A DNA stretch of 64,000 bases from Auanema rhodensis. Taxonomy: Eukaryota > Animalia > Nematoda. The notes below the pieces were generated by a model that was not told where the DNA came from, made no database searches, and saw nothing but the letters and a program-made list of their open reading frames with translations. The stretch's first letter is position 1. Each line of letters opens with the position of its first letter. Shown here piece by piece: positions 41,801-57,000 of this stretch. The position numbers and the translations under genes are program-made. The stretch spans positions 22,940,001 to 23,004,000 of the forward strand of contig OZ059897.1 of the NCBI GenBank assembly GCA_964057225.1, given 5' to 3'.

Positions 41801-42768
41801 TAAATTAAAGTTCACGTAAATTTCAAAGTCATGGTTACCATGCACCAATATCAATAAAAATTTGTTTTTAGACTAATATGGACATGGGGAATCTAATTTT
41901 GAAAACCGCATCTCTTTATCTTTCACGTGAAGCGAGTTACATACCAAGTGCACATCACGTGTACATTTAATTAGCATAAATTAAAGTTCACGTAAATTTC
42001 AAAGTCATGGTTACCATGAACCAATATCAATAAAAATTTGTTTTTAGACTAATATGGACATGGGGAATCTAATTTTGAAAACCGCATCTCTTTATCTTTC
42101 ACGTGAAGCGAGTTACATACCAAGTGCACATCACGTGTACATTTAATTAGCATAAATTAAAGTTCACGTAAATTTCAAAGTCATGGTTACCATGAACCAA
42201 TATCAATAAAAATTTGTTTTTAGACTAATATGGACATGGGGAATCTAATTTTGAAAACCGCATCTCTTTATCTTTCACGTGAAGCGAGTTACATACCAAG
42301 TGCACATCACGTGTACATTTAATTAGCATAAATTAAAGTTCACGTAAATTTCAAAGTCATGGTTACCATGCACCAATGTCAATAAAAATTTGATTTTAGA
42401 CTAATATGGACATGGGGAATCTAATTTTGAAAACCGCATCTCTTCATCTTTCACGTGAAGCGAGTTACATACCAAGTGCACATCACGTGTACATTTAATT
42501 AGCATAAATTAAAGTTCACGTAAATTTCAAAGTCATGGTTACCATGCACCAATATCAATAAAAATTTGTTTTTAGACTAATATGGACATGGGGAATCTAA
42601 TTTTGAAAACCGCATCTCTTCATCTTTCACGTGAAGCGAGTTACATACCAAGTGCACATCACGTGTACATTTAATTAGCATAAATTAAAGTTCACGTAAA
42701 TTTCAAAGTCATGGTTACCATGCACCAATATCAATAAAAATTTGTTTTTAGACTAATATGGACATGGG
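38897..42768. repeat. Dispersed copy of the 22-monomer block at 22529-26400 (offset 16,368 bp = 93 monomers)
   Basis: M222-243 match M129-150 in order: T27G, A64C, T27C, T78A, C140A, T28C, T129A and the rare T153A (M148, M241). Private differences: A96C (M133), C68G (M144), G1A (M224). Confidence 0.9.
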
Positions 42769-44000
42769 GAATCTAATTTTGAAAACCGCATCTCTTTATC
42801 TTTCACTTGAAGCGAGTTACATACCAAGTGCACATCACGTGTACATTTAATTAGCATAAATTAAAGTTCACGTAAATTTCAAAGTCATGGTTACCATGCA
42901 CCAATATCAATAAAAATTTGTTTTTGAACTAATATGGACATGGGGAATCTAATTTTGGAAACCGCATCTCTTTATCTTTCACGTGAAGCGAGTTACATAC
43001 CAAGTGCACATCACGTGTACATTTAATTAGCATAAATTAAAGTTCACGTAAATTTCAAAGTCATGGTTACCATGCACCAATATCAATAAAAATTTGTTTT
43101 TAGACTAATATGGACATGGGGAATCTAATTTTGAAAACCGCATCTCTTTATCTTTCACGTGAAGCGAGTTACATACCAAGTGCACATCACGTGTACATTT
43201 AATTAGCATAAATTAAAGTTCACGTAAATTTCAAAGTCATGGTTACCATGAACCAATATCAATAAAAATTTGTTTTTAGACTAATATGGACATGGGGAAT
43301 CTAATTTTGAAAACCGCATCTCTTTATCTTTCACGTGAAGCGAGTTACATACCAAGTGCACATCACGTATACATTTAATTAGCATAAATTAAAGTTCACG
43401 TAAATTTCAAAGTCATGGTTACCATGAACCAATATCAATAAAAATTTGTTTTTAGACTAATATGGACATGGGGAATCTAATTTTGAAAACCGCATCTCTT
43501 TATCTTTCACGTGAAGCGAGTTACATACCAAGTGCACATCACGTGTACATTTAATTAGCATAAATTAAAGTTCACGTAAATTTCAAAGTCATGGTTACCA
43601 TGCACCAATATCAATAAAAATTTGTTTTTAGACTAATATGGACATGGGGAATCTAATTTTGAAAACCGCATCTCTTCATCTTTCACGTGAAGCGAGTTAC
43701 ATACCAAGTGCACATCACGTGTACATTTAATTAGCATAAATTAAAGTTCACGTAAATTTCAAAGTCATGGTTACCATGAACCAATATCAATAAAAATTTG
43801 TTTTTCGACTAATATGGACATGGGGAATCTAATTTTGAAAACCGCATCTCTTTATCTTTCACGTGAAGCGAGTTACATACCAAGTGCACATCACGTGTAC
43901 ATTTAATTAGCATAAATTAAAGTTCACGTAAATTTCAAAGTCATGGTTACCATGCACCAATATCAATAAAAATTTGTTTTGAAACTAATATGGACATGGG

Positions 44001-44175
44001 GAATCTAATTTTGAAAACCGCATCTCTTTATCTTTCACGTGAAGCGAGTTACATACCAATGCACATCACGTGTACATTTAATTAGCATAAATTAAAGTTC
44101 ACGTAACTTTCAAAGTCATGGTTACCATGCACCAATATCAATAAAAATTTGTTTTTAGACTAATATGGACATGGG
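44001..44175 (+). repeat. 175-bp monomer with a 1-bp deletion (G60), the only indel seen
   Basis: ACATACCAATGCACATC at 44051 versus consensus ACATACCAAGTGCACATC. All downstream monomers shift by -1. Confidence 0.95.
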
Positions 44176-47100
44176 GAATCTAATTTTGAAAACCGCATCT
44201 CTTCATCTTTCACGTGAAGCGAGTTACATACCAAGTGCACATCACGTGTACATTTAATTAGCATAAATTAAAGTTCACGTAAATTTCAAAGTCATGGTTA
44301 CCATGCACCAATATCAATAAAAATTTGTTTTTAAACTAATATGGACATGGGGAATCTAATTTTGGAAACCGCATCTCTTTATCTTTCACGTGAAGCGAGT
44401 TACATACCAAGTGCACATCACGTGTACATTTAATTAGCATAAATTAAAGTTCACGTAAATTTCAAAGTCATGGTTACCATGCACCAATATCAATAAAAAT
44501 TTGTTTTTAGACTAATATGGACATGGGGAATCTAATTTTGAAAACCGCATCTCTTTATCTTTCACGTGAAGCGAGTTACATACCAAGTGCACATCACGTG
44601 TACATTTAATTAGCATAAATTAAAGTTCACGTAAATTTCAAAGTCATGGTTACCATGAACCAATATCAATAAAAATTTGTTTTTAGACTAATATGGACAT
44701 GGGGAATCTAATTTTGAAAACCGCATCTCTTTATCTTTCACGTGAAGCGAGTTACATACCAAGTGCACATCACGTATACATTTAATTAGCATAAATTAAA
44801 GTTCACGTAAATTTCAAAGTCATGGTTACCATGAACCAATATCAATAAAAATTTGTTTTTAGACTAATATGGACATGGGGAATCTAATTTTGAAAACCGC
44901 ATCTCTTTATCTTTCACGTGAAGCGAGTTACATACCAAGTGCACATCACGTGTACATTTAATTAGCATAAATTAAAGTTCACGTAAATTTCAAAGTCATG
45001 GTTACCATGCACCAATATCGATAAAAATTGGTTTTGAAACTAATATGGACATGGGGAATCTAATTTTGAAAACCGCATCTCTTTATCTTTCACGTGAAGC
45101 GAGTTACATACCAAGTGCACATCACGTGTACATTTAATTAGCATAAATTAAAGTTCACGTAACTTTCAAAGTCATGGTTACCATGCACCAATATCAATAA
45201 AAATTTGTTTTTAGACTAATATGGACATGGGGAATCTAATTTTGAAAACCGCATCTCTTCATCTTTCACGTGAAGCGAGTTACATACCAAGTGCACATCA
45301 CGTATACATTTAATTAGCATAAATTAAAGTTCACGTAAATTTCAAAGTCATGGTTACCATGAACCAATATCAATAAAAATTTGTTTTTAGACTAATATGG
45401 ACATGGGGAATCTAATTTTGAAAACCGCATCTCTTTATCTTTCACGTGAAGCGAGTTACATACCAAGTGCACATCACGTGTACATTTAATTAGCATAAAT
45501 TAAAGTTCACTTAAATTTCAAAGTCATGGTTACCATGCACCAATATCAATAAAAATTTGTTTTTAGACTAATATGGACATGGGGAATCTAATTTTGAAAA
45601 CCGCATCTCTTTATCTTTCACGTGAAGCGAGTTACATACCAAGTGCACATCACGTGTACATTTAATTAGCATAAATTAAAGTTCACGTAAATTTCAAAGT
45701 CATGGTTACCATGCACCAATATCAATAAAAATTTGTTTTTAGACTAATATGGACATGGGGAATCTAATTTTGAAAACCGCATCTCTTCATCTTTCACGTG
45801 AAGCGAGTTACATACCAAGTGCACATCACGTGTACATTTAATTAGCATAAATTAAAGTTCACGTAAATTTCAAAGTCATGGTTACCATGAACCAATATCA
45901 ATAAAAATTTGTTTTTAGACTAATATGGACATGGGGAATCTAATTTTGAAAACCGCATCTCTTTATCTTTCACGTGAAGCGAGTTACATACCAAGTGCAC
46001 ATCACGTGTACATTTAATTAGCATAAATTAAAGTTCACGTAAATTTCAAAGTCATGGTTACCATGAACCAATATCAATAAAAATTTGTTTTTAGACTAAT
46101 ATGGACATGGGGAATCTAATTTTGAAAACCGCATCTCTTTATCTTTCACGTGAAGCGAGTTACATACCAAGTGCACATCACGTGTACATTTAATTAGCAT
46201 AAATTAAAGTTCACGTAAATTTCAAAGTCATGGTTACCATGCACCAATATCAATAAAAATTTGTTTTTAAACTAATATGGATATGGGGAATCTAATTTTG
46301 AAAACCGCATCTCTTTATCTTTCACGTGAAGCGAGTTACATACCAAGTGCACATCACGTGTACATTTAATTAGCATAAATTAAAGTTCACGTAAATTTCA
46401 AAGTCATGGTTACCATGCACCAATATCGATAAAAATTTGTTTTTAGACTAATATGGACATGGGGAATCTAATTTTGAAAACCGCATCTCTTTATCTTTCA
46501 CGTGAAGCGAGTTACATACCAAGTGCACATCACGTGTACATTTAATTAGCATAAATTAAAGTTCACGTAAATTTCAAAGTCATGGTTACCATGAACCAAT
46601 ATCAATAAAAATTTGTTTTTAGACTAATATGGACATGGGGAATCTAATTTTGAAAACCGCATCTCTTCATCTTTCACATGAAGCGAGTTACATACCAAGT
46701 GCACATCACGTGTACATTTAATTAGCATAAATTAAAGTTCACGTAAATTTCAAAGTCATGGTTACCATGCACCAATATCAATAAAAATTTGTTTTTAGAC
46801 TAATATGGACATGGGGAATCTAATTTTGAAAACCGCATCTCTTTATCTTTCACGTGAAGCGAGTTACATACCAAGTGCACATCACGTGTACATTTAATTA
46901 GCATAAATTAAAGTTCACGTAAATTTCAAAGTCATGGTTACCATGCACCAATATCGATAAAAATTTGTTTTTAGACTAATATGGACATGGGGAATCTAAT
47001 TTTGAAAACCGCATCTCTTTATCTTTCACGTGAAGCGAGTTACATACCAAGTGCACATCACGTGTACATTTAATTAGCATAAATTAAAGTTCACGTAAAT

Positions 47101-49253
47101 TTCAAAGTCATGGTTACCATGCACCAATATCGATAAAAATTTGTTTTTAGACTAATATGGACATGGGGAATCTAATTTTGAAAACCGCATCTCTTCATCT
47201 TTCACATGAAGCGAGTTACATACCAAGTGCACATCACGTGTACATTTAATTAGCATAAATTAAAGTTCACGTAAATTTCAAAGTCATGGTTACCATGCAC
47301 CAATATCAATAAAAATTTGTTTTTAGACTAATATGGACATGGGGAATCTAATTTTGAAAACCGCATCTCGTTATCTTTCACGTGAAGCGAGTTACATACC
47401 AAGTGCACATCACGTGTACATTTAATTAGCATAAATTAAAGTTCACGTAAATTTCAAAGTCATGGTTACCATGCACCAATATCAATAAAAATTTGTTTTT
47501 AGACTAATATGGACATGGGGAATCTAATTTTGAAAACCGCATCTCTTTATCTTTCACGTGAAGCGAGTTACATACCAAGTGCACATCACGTGTACATTTA
47601 ATTAGCATAAATTAAAGTTCACGTAAATTTCAAAGTCATGGTTACCATGCACCAATATCAATAAAAATTTGTTTTTAGACTAATATGGACATGGGGAATC
47701 TAATTTTGAAAACCGCATCTCTTCATCTTTCACGTGAAGCGAGTTACATACCAAGTGCACATCACGTGTACATTTAATTAGCATAAATTAAAGTTCACGT
47801 AAATTTCAAAGTCATGGTTACCATGCACCAATATCAATAAAAATTTGTTTTTAGACTAATATGGACATGGGGAATCTAATTTTGAAAACCGCATCTCTCT
47901 ATCTTTCACGTGAAGCGAGTTACATACCAAGTGCACATCACGTGTACATTTAATTAGCATAAATTAAAGTTCACGTAAATTTCAAAGTCATGGTTACCAT
48001 GCACCAATGTCAATAAAAATTTGTTTTTAGACTAATATGGACATGGGGAATCTAATTTTGAAAACCGCATCTCTTTATCTTTCACATGAAGCGAGTTACA
48101 TACCAAGTGCACATCACGTGTACATTTAATTAGCATAAATTAAAGTTCACGTAAATTTCAAAGTCATGGTTACCATGCACCAATATCAATAAAAATTTGT
48201 TTTTAGACTAATATGGACATGGGGAATCTAATTTTGAAAACCGCATCTCTCTATCTTTCACGTGAAGCGAGTTACATACCAAGTGCACATCACGTGTACA
48301 TTTAATTAGCATAAATTAAAGTTCACGTAAATTTCAAAGTCATGGTTACCATGCACCAATATCAATAAAAATTTGTTTTTAGACTAATATGGACATGGGG
48401 AATCTAATTTTGAAAACCGCATCTCTCTATCTTTCACGTGAAGCGAGTTACATACCAAGTGCACATCACGTGTACATTTAATTAGCATAAATTAAAGTTC
48501 ACGTAAATTTCAAAGTCATGGTTACCATGCACCAATGTCAATAAAAATTTGTTTTTAGACTAATATGGACATGGGGAATCTAATTTTGAAAACCGCATCT
48601 CTTCATCTTTCACATGAAGCGAGTTACATACCAAGTGCACATCACGTGTACATTTAATTAGCATAAATTAAAGTTCACGTAAATTTCAAAGTCATGGTTA
48701 CCATGAACCAATATCAATAAAAATTTGTTTTTAGACTAATATGGACATGGGGAATCTAATTTTGAAAACCGCATCTCTTTATCTTTCACGTGAAGCGAGT
48801 TACATACCAAGTGCACATCACGTGTACATTTAATTAGCATAAATTAAAGTTCACGTAAATTTCAAAGTCATGGTTACCATGAACCAATATCAATAAAAAT
48901 TTGTTTTTAGACTAATATGGACATGGGGAATCTAATTTTGAAAACCGCATCTCTTTATCTTTCACGTGAAGCGAGTTACATACCAAGTGCACATCACGTG
49001 TACATTTAATTAGCATAAATTAAAGTTCACGTAAATTTCAAAGTCATGGTTACCATGCACCAATGTCAATAAAAATTTGTTTTTAGACTAATATGGACAT
49101 GGGGAATCTAATTTTGAAAACCGCATCTCTTCATCTTTCACGTGAAGCGAGTTACATACCAAGTGCACATCACGTGTACATTTAATTAGCATAAATTAAA
49201 GTTCACGTAAATTTCAAAGTCATGGTTACCATGCACCAATATCAATAAAAATT

Positions 49254-51743
49254 GGTTTTTAGACTAATATGGACATGGGGAATCTAATTTTGAAAACCGC
49301 ATCTCTTCATCTTTCACGTGAAGCGAGTTACATACCAAGTGCACATCACGTGTACATTTAATTAGCATAAATTAAAGTTCACGTAAATTTCAAAGTCAGG
49401 GTTACCATGCACCAATATCAATAAAAATTTGTTTTTAGACTAATATGGACATGGGGAATCTAATTTTGAAAACCGCATCTCTCTATCTTTCACGTGAAGC
49501 GAGTTACATACCAAGTGCACATCACGTGTACATTTAATTAGCATAAATTAAAGTTCACGTAAATTTCAAAGTCATGGTTACCATGCACCAATGTCAATAA
49601 AAATTTGTTTTTAGACTAATATGGACATGGGGAATCTAATTTTGAAAACCGCATCTCTTCATCTTTCACGTGAAGCGAGTTACATACCAAGTGCACATCA
49701 CGTGTACATTTAATTAGCATAAATTAAAGTTCACGTAAATTTCAAAGTCATGGTTACCATGCACCAATATCAATAAAAATTTGTTTTTAGACTAATATGG
49801 ACATGGGGAATCTAATTTTGAAAACCGCATCTCTTTATCTTTCACGTGAAGCGAGTTACATACCAAGTGCACATCACGTGTACATTTAATTAGCATAAAT
49901 TAAAGTTCACGTAAATTTCAAAGTCATGGTTACCATGAACCAATATCAATAAAAATTTGTTTTTAGACTAATATGGACATGGGGAATCTAATTTTGAAAA
50001 CCGCATCTCTTTATCTTTCACGTGAAGCGAGTTACATACCAAGTGCACATCACGTGTACATTTAATTAGCATAAATTAAAGTTCACGTAAATTTCAAAGT
50101 CATGGTTACCATGAACCAATATCAATAAAAATTTGTTTTTAGACTAATATGGACATGGGGAATCTAATTTTGAAAACCGCATCTCTTTATCTTTCACGTG
50201 AAGCGAGTTACATACCAAGTGCACATCACGTGTACATTTAATTAGCATAAATTAAAGTTCACGTAAAGTTCAAAGTCATGGTTACCATGCACCAATATCA
50301 ATAAAAATTTGTTTTTAGACTAATATGGACATGGGGAATCTAATTTTGAAAACCGCATCTCTTTATCTTTCACGTGAAGCGAGTTACATACCAAGTGCAC
50401 ATCACGTGTACATTTAATTAGCATAAATTAAAGTTCACGTAAATTTCAAAGTCATGGTTACCATGCACCAATATCAATAAAAATTGGTTTTTAGACTAAT
50501 ATGGACATGGGGAATCTAATTTTGAAAACCGCATCTCTTCATCTTTCACGTGAAGCGAGTTACATACCAAGTGCACATCACGTGTACATTTAATTAGCAT
50601 AAATTAAAGTTCACGTAAATTTCAAAGTCAGGGTTACCATGCACCAATATCAATAAAAATTTGTTTTTAGACTAATATGGACATGGGGAATCTAATTTTG
50701 AAAACCGCATCTCTCTATCTTTCACGTGAAGCGAATTACATACCAAGTGCACATCACGTGTACATTTAATTAGCATAAATTAAAGTTCACGTAAATTTCA
50801 AAGTCATGGTTACCATGCACCAATGTCAATAAAAATTTGTTTTTAGACTAATATGGACATGGGGAATCTAATTTTGAAAACCGCATCTCTTCATCTTTCA
50901 CGTGAAGCGAGTTACATACCAAGTGCACATCACGTGTACATTTAATTAGCATAAATTAAAGTTCACGTAAATTTCAAAGTCATGGTTACCATGCACCAAT
51001 ATCAATAAAAATTTGTTTTTAGACTAATATGGACATGGGGAATCTAATTTTGAAAACCGCATCTCTTTATCTTTCACGTGAAGCGAGTTACATACCAAGT
51101 GCACATCACGTGTACATTTAATTAGCATAAATTAAAGTTCACGTAAATTTCAAAGTCATGGTTACCATGAACCAATATCAATAAAAATTTGTTTTTAGAC
51201 TAATATGGACATGGGGAATCTAATTTTGAAAACCGCATCTCTTTATCTTTCACGTGAAGCGAGTTACATACCAAGTGCACATCACGTGTACATTTAATTA
51301 GCATAAATTAAAGTTCACGTAAATTTCAAAGTCATGGTTACCATGAACCAATATCAATAAAAATTTGTTTTTAGACTAATATGGACATGGGGAATCTAAT
51401 TTTGAAAACCGCATCTCTTTATCTTTCACGTGAAGCGAGTTACATACCAAGTGCACATCACGTGTACATTTAATTAGCATAAATTAAAGTTCACGTAAAG
51501 TTCAAAGTCATGGTTACCATGCACCAATATCAATAAAAATTTGTTTTTAGACTAATATGGACATGGGGAATCTAATTTTGAAAACCGCATCTCTTTATCT
51601 TTCACGTGAAGCGAGTTACATACCAAGTGCACATCACGTGTACATTTAATTAGCATAAATTAAAGTTCACGTAAATTTCAAAGTCATGGTTACCATGCAC
51701 CAATATCAATAAAAATTTGTTTTTAGACTAATATGGACATGGG
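49254..51743. repeat. Tandem duplication of a 7-monomer unit (1,232 bp x2)
   Basis: T151G (M280, M287), T120G (M281, M288), T28C+A138G (M282, M289) and T109G (M286, M293) recur at +1232. Confidence 0.9.
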
Positions 51744-53327
51744 GAATCTAATTTTGAAAACCGCATCTCTCTATCTTTCACGTGAAGCGAGTTACATACC
51801 AAGTGCACATCACGTGTACATTTAATTAGCATAAATTAAAGTTCACGTAAATTTCAAAGTCATGGTTACCATGCACCAATATCAATAAAAATTTGTTTTT
51901 AGACTAATATGGACATGGGGAATCTAATTTTGAAAACCGCATCTCTTCATCTTTCACGTGAAGCGAGTTACATACCAAGTGCACATCACGTGTACATTTA
52001 ATTAGCATAAATTAAAGTTCACGTAAATTTCAAAGTCATGGTTACCATGCACCAATATCAATAAAAATTTGTTTTTAGACTAATATGGACATGGGGAATC
52101 TAATTTTGAAAACCGCATCTCTTCATCTTTCACGTGAAGCGAGTTACATACCAAGTGCACATCACGTGTACATTTAATTAGCATAAATTAAAGTTCACGT
52201 AAATTTCAAAGTCATGGTTACCATGCACCAATATCAATAAAAATTTGTTTTTAGACTAATATGGACATGGGGAATCTAATTTTGAAAACCGCATCTCTCT
52301 ATCTTTCACGTGAAGCGAGTTACATACCAAGTGCACATCACGTGTACATTTAATTAGCATAAATTAAAGTTCACGTAAATTTCAAAGTCATGGTTACCAT
52401 GCACCAATGTCAATAAAAATTTGTTTTTAGACTAATATGGACATGGGGAATCTAATTTTGAAAACCGCATCTCTTCATCTTTCACATGAAGCGAGTTACA
52501 TACCAAGTGCACATCACGTGTACATTTAATTAGCATAAATTAAAGTTCACGTAAATTTCAAAGTCATGGTTACCATGCACCAATATCAATAAAAATTTGT
52601 TTTTAGACTAATATGGACATGGGGAATCTAATTTTGAAAACCGCATCTCTTTATCTTTCACGTGAAGCGAGTTACATACCAAGTGCACATCACGTGTACA
52701 TTTAATTAGCATAAATTAAAGTTCACGTAAATTTCAAAGTCATGGTTACCATGAACCAATATCAATAAAAATTTGTTTTTAGACTAATATGGACATGGGG
52801 AATCTAATTTTGAAAACCGCATCTCTTTATCTTTCACGTGAAGCGAGTTACATACCAAGTGCACATCACGTGTACATTTAATTAGCATAAATTAAAGTTC
52901 ACGTAAATTTCAAAGTCATGGTTACCATGAACCAATATCAATAAAAATTTGTTTTTAGACTAATATGGACATGGGGAATCTAATTTTGAAAACCGCATCT
53001 CTTTATCTTTCACGTGAAGCGAGTTACATACCAAGTGCACATCACGTGTACATTTAATTAGCATAAATTAAAGTTCACGTAAATTTCAAAGTCATGGTTA
53101 CCATGCACCAATGTCAATAAAAATTTGTTTTTAGACTAATATGGACATGGGGAATCTAATTTTGAAAACCGCATCTCTTCATCTTTCACGTGAAGCGAGT
53201 TACATACCAAGTGCACATCACGTGTACATTTAATTAGCATAAATTAAAGTTCACGTAAATTTCAAAGTCATGGTTACCATGCACCAATATCAATAAAAAT
53301 TTGTTTTTAGACTAATATGGACATGGG

Positions 53328-54031
53328 GAATCTAATTTTGAAAACCGCATCTCTTCATCTTTCACGTGAAGCGAGTTACATACCAAGTGCACAGCACGTG
53401 TACATTTAATTAGCATAAATTAAAGTTCACGTAAATTTCAAAGTCATGGTTACCATGAAGCAATATCAATAAAAATTTGTTTTTAGACTAATATGGACAT
53501 GGGGAATCTAATTTTGAAAACCGCATCTCTTTATCTTTCACGTGAAGCGAGTTACATACCAAGTGCACATCACGTGTACATTTAATTAGCATGAATTAAA
53601 GTTCACGTAAATTTCAAAGTCATGGTTACCATGCACCAATATCAATAAAAATTTGTTTTTAGACTAATATGGACATGGGGAATCTAATTTTGAAAACCGC
53701 ATCTCTTCATCTTTCACGTGAAGCGAGTTACATACCAAGTGCACAGCACGTGTACATTTAATTAGCATAAATTAAAGTTCACGTAAATTTCAAAGTCATG
53801 GTTACCATGAAGCAATATCAATAAAAATTTGTTTTTAGACTAATATGGACATGGGGAATCTAATTTTGAAAACCGCATCTCTTTATCTTTCACGTGAAGC
53901 GAGTTACATACCAAGTGCACATCACGTGTACATTTAATTAGCATGAATTAAAGTTCACGTAAATTTCAAAGTCATGGTTACCATGCACCAATATCAATAA
54001 AAATTTGTTTTTAGACTAATATGGACATGGG
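53328..54031. repeat. Dimeric unit (352 bp) x2 at the start of the right-hand variant domain
   Basis: M304/M306 carry T29C+T67G+A131+C133G; M305/M307 carry A90G. Confidence 0.87.
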
Positions 54032-57000
54032 GAATCTAATTTTGAAAACCGCATCTCTTCATCTTTCACGTGAAGCGAGTTACATACCAAGTGCACATCA
54101 CGTGTACATTTAATTAGCATAAATTAAAGTTCACGTAAATTTCAAAGTCATGGTTACCATGAACCAATATCAATAAAAATTTGTTTTTAGACTAATATGG
54201 ACATGGGGAATCTAATTTTGAAAACCGCATCTCTTTATCTTTCACGTGAAGCGAGTTACATACCAAGTGCACATCACGTGTACATTTAATTAGCATAAAT
54301 TAAAGTTCACGTAAATTTCAAAGTCATGGTTACCATGAAGCAATATCAATAAAAATTTGTATTTAGACTAATATGGACATGGGGAATCTAATTTTGAAAA
54401 CCGCATCTCTTGATCTTTCACGTGAAGCGAGTTACATACCAAGTGCACATCACGTGTACATTTAATTAGCATAAATTAAAGTTCACGCAAATTTCAAAGT
54501 CATGGTTACCATGAACCAATATCAATAAAAATTTGTTTTTACACTAATATGGACATGGGGAATCTAATTTTGAAAACCGCATCTCTTGATCTTTCACGTG
54601 AAGCGAGTTACATACCAAGTGCACAGCACGTGTACATTTAATTAGCATAAATTAAAGTTCACGTAAATTTCAAAGTCATGGTTACCATGAAGCAATATCA
54701 ATAAAAATTTGTTTTTAGACTAATATGGACATGGGGAATCTAATTTTGAAAACCGCATCTCTTTATCTTTCACGTGAAGCGAGTTACATACCAAGTGCAC
54801 ATCACGTGTACATTTAATTAGCATGAATTAAAGTTCACGTAAATTTCAAAGTCATGGTTACCATGCACCAATATCAATAAAAATTTGTTTTTAGACTAAT
54901 ATGGACATGGGGAATCTAATTTTGAAAACCGCATCTCTTTATCTTTCACGTGAAGCGAGTTACATACCAAGTGCACATCACGTGTACATTTAATTAGCAT
55001 AAATTAAAGTTCACGTAAATTTCAAAGTCATGGTTACCATGAACCAATATCAATAAAAATTTGTTTTTAGACTAATATGGACATGGGGAATCTAATTTTG
55101 AAAACCGCATCTCTTTATCTTTCACGTGAAGCGAGTTACATACCAAGTGCACATCACGTGTACATTTAATTAGCATAAATTAAAGTTCACGTAAATTTCA
55201 AAGTCATGGTTACCATGAAGCAATATCAATAAAAATTTGTATTTAGACTAATATGGACATGGGGAATCTAATTTTGAAAACCGCATCTCTTTATCTTTCA
55301 CGTGAAGCGAGTTACATACCAAGTGCACATCACGTGTACATTTAATTAGCATAAATTAAAGTTCACGTAAATTTCAAAGTCATGGTTACCATGAACCAAT
55401 ATCAATAAAAATTTGTTTTTACACTAATATGGACATGGGGAATCTAATTTTGAAAACCGCATCTCTTGATCTTTCACGTGAAGCGAGTTACATACCAAGT
55501 GCACATCACGTGTACATTTAATTAGCATAAATTAAAGTTCACGTAAATTTCAAAGTCATGGTTACCATGAACCAATATCAATAAAAATTTGTTTTTAGAC
55601 TAATATGGACATGGGGAATCTAATTTTGAAAACCGCATTTCTTTATCTTTCACGTGAAGCGAGTTACATACCAAGTGCACATCACGTGTACATTTAATTA
55701 GCATAAATTAAAGTTCACGTAAATTTCAAAGTCATGGTTACCATGCACCAATATCAATAAAAATTTGTTTTTAGACTAATATGGACATGGGGAATCTAAT
55801 TTTGAAAACCGCATCTCTTTATCTTTCACGTGAAGCGAGTTACATACCAAGTGCACATCACGTGTACATTTAATTAGCATAAATTAAAGTTCACGTAAAT
55901 TTCAAAGTCATGGTTACCATGCACCAATATCAATAAAAATTTGTTTTTAGACTAATATGGACATGGGGAATCTAATTTTGAAAACCGCATCTCTTTATCT
56001 TTCACGTGAAGCGAGTTACATACCAAGTGCACATCACGTGTACATTTAATTAGCATAAATTAAAGTTCACGTAAATTTCAAAGTCATGGTTACCATGAAC
56101 CAATATCAATAAAAATTTGTTTTTACACTAATATGGACATGGGGAATCTAATTTTGAAAACCGCATCTCTTGATCTTTCACGTGAAGCGAGTTACATACC
56201 AAGTGCACATCACGTGTACATTTAATTAGCATAAATTAAAGTTCACGTAAATTTCAAAGTCATGGTTACCATGAACCAATATCAATAAAAATTTGTTTTT
56301 ACACTAATATGGACATGGGGAATCTAATTTTGAAAACCGCATCTCTTTATCTTTCACGTGAAGCGAGTTACATACCAAGTGCACATCACGTGTACATTTA
56401 ATTAGCATAAATTAAAGTTCACGTAAATTTCAAAGTCATGGTTACCATGAACCAATATCAATAAAAATTTGTTTTTAGACTAATATGGACATGGGGAATC
56501 TGATTTTGAAAACCGCATTTCTTTATCTTTCACGTGAAGCGAGTTACATACCAAGTGCACATCACGTGTACATTTAATTAGCATAAATTAAAGTTCACGT
56601 AAATTTCAAAGTCATGGTTACCATGCACCAATATCAATAAAAATTTGTTTTTTGACTAATATGGACATGGGGAATCTAATTTTGAAAACCGCATCTCTTT
56701 ATCTTTCACGTGAAGCGAGTTACATACCAAGTGCACATCACGTGTACATTTAATTAGCATAAATTAAAGTTCACGTAAATTTCAAAGTCATGGTTACCAT
56801 GAACCAATATCAATAAAAATTTGTTTTTAGACTAATATGGACATGGGGAATCTAATTTTGAAAACCGCATCTCTTTATCTTTCACGTGAAGCGAGTTACA
56901 TACCAAGTGCACATCACGTGTACATTTAATTAGCATAAATTAAAGTACACGTAAATTTCAAAGTCATGGTTACCATGCACCAATATCAATAAAAATTTGT

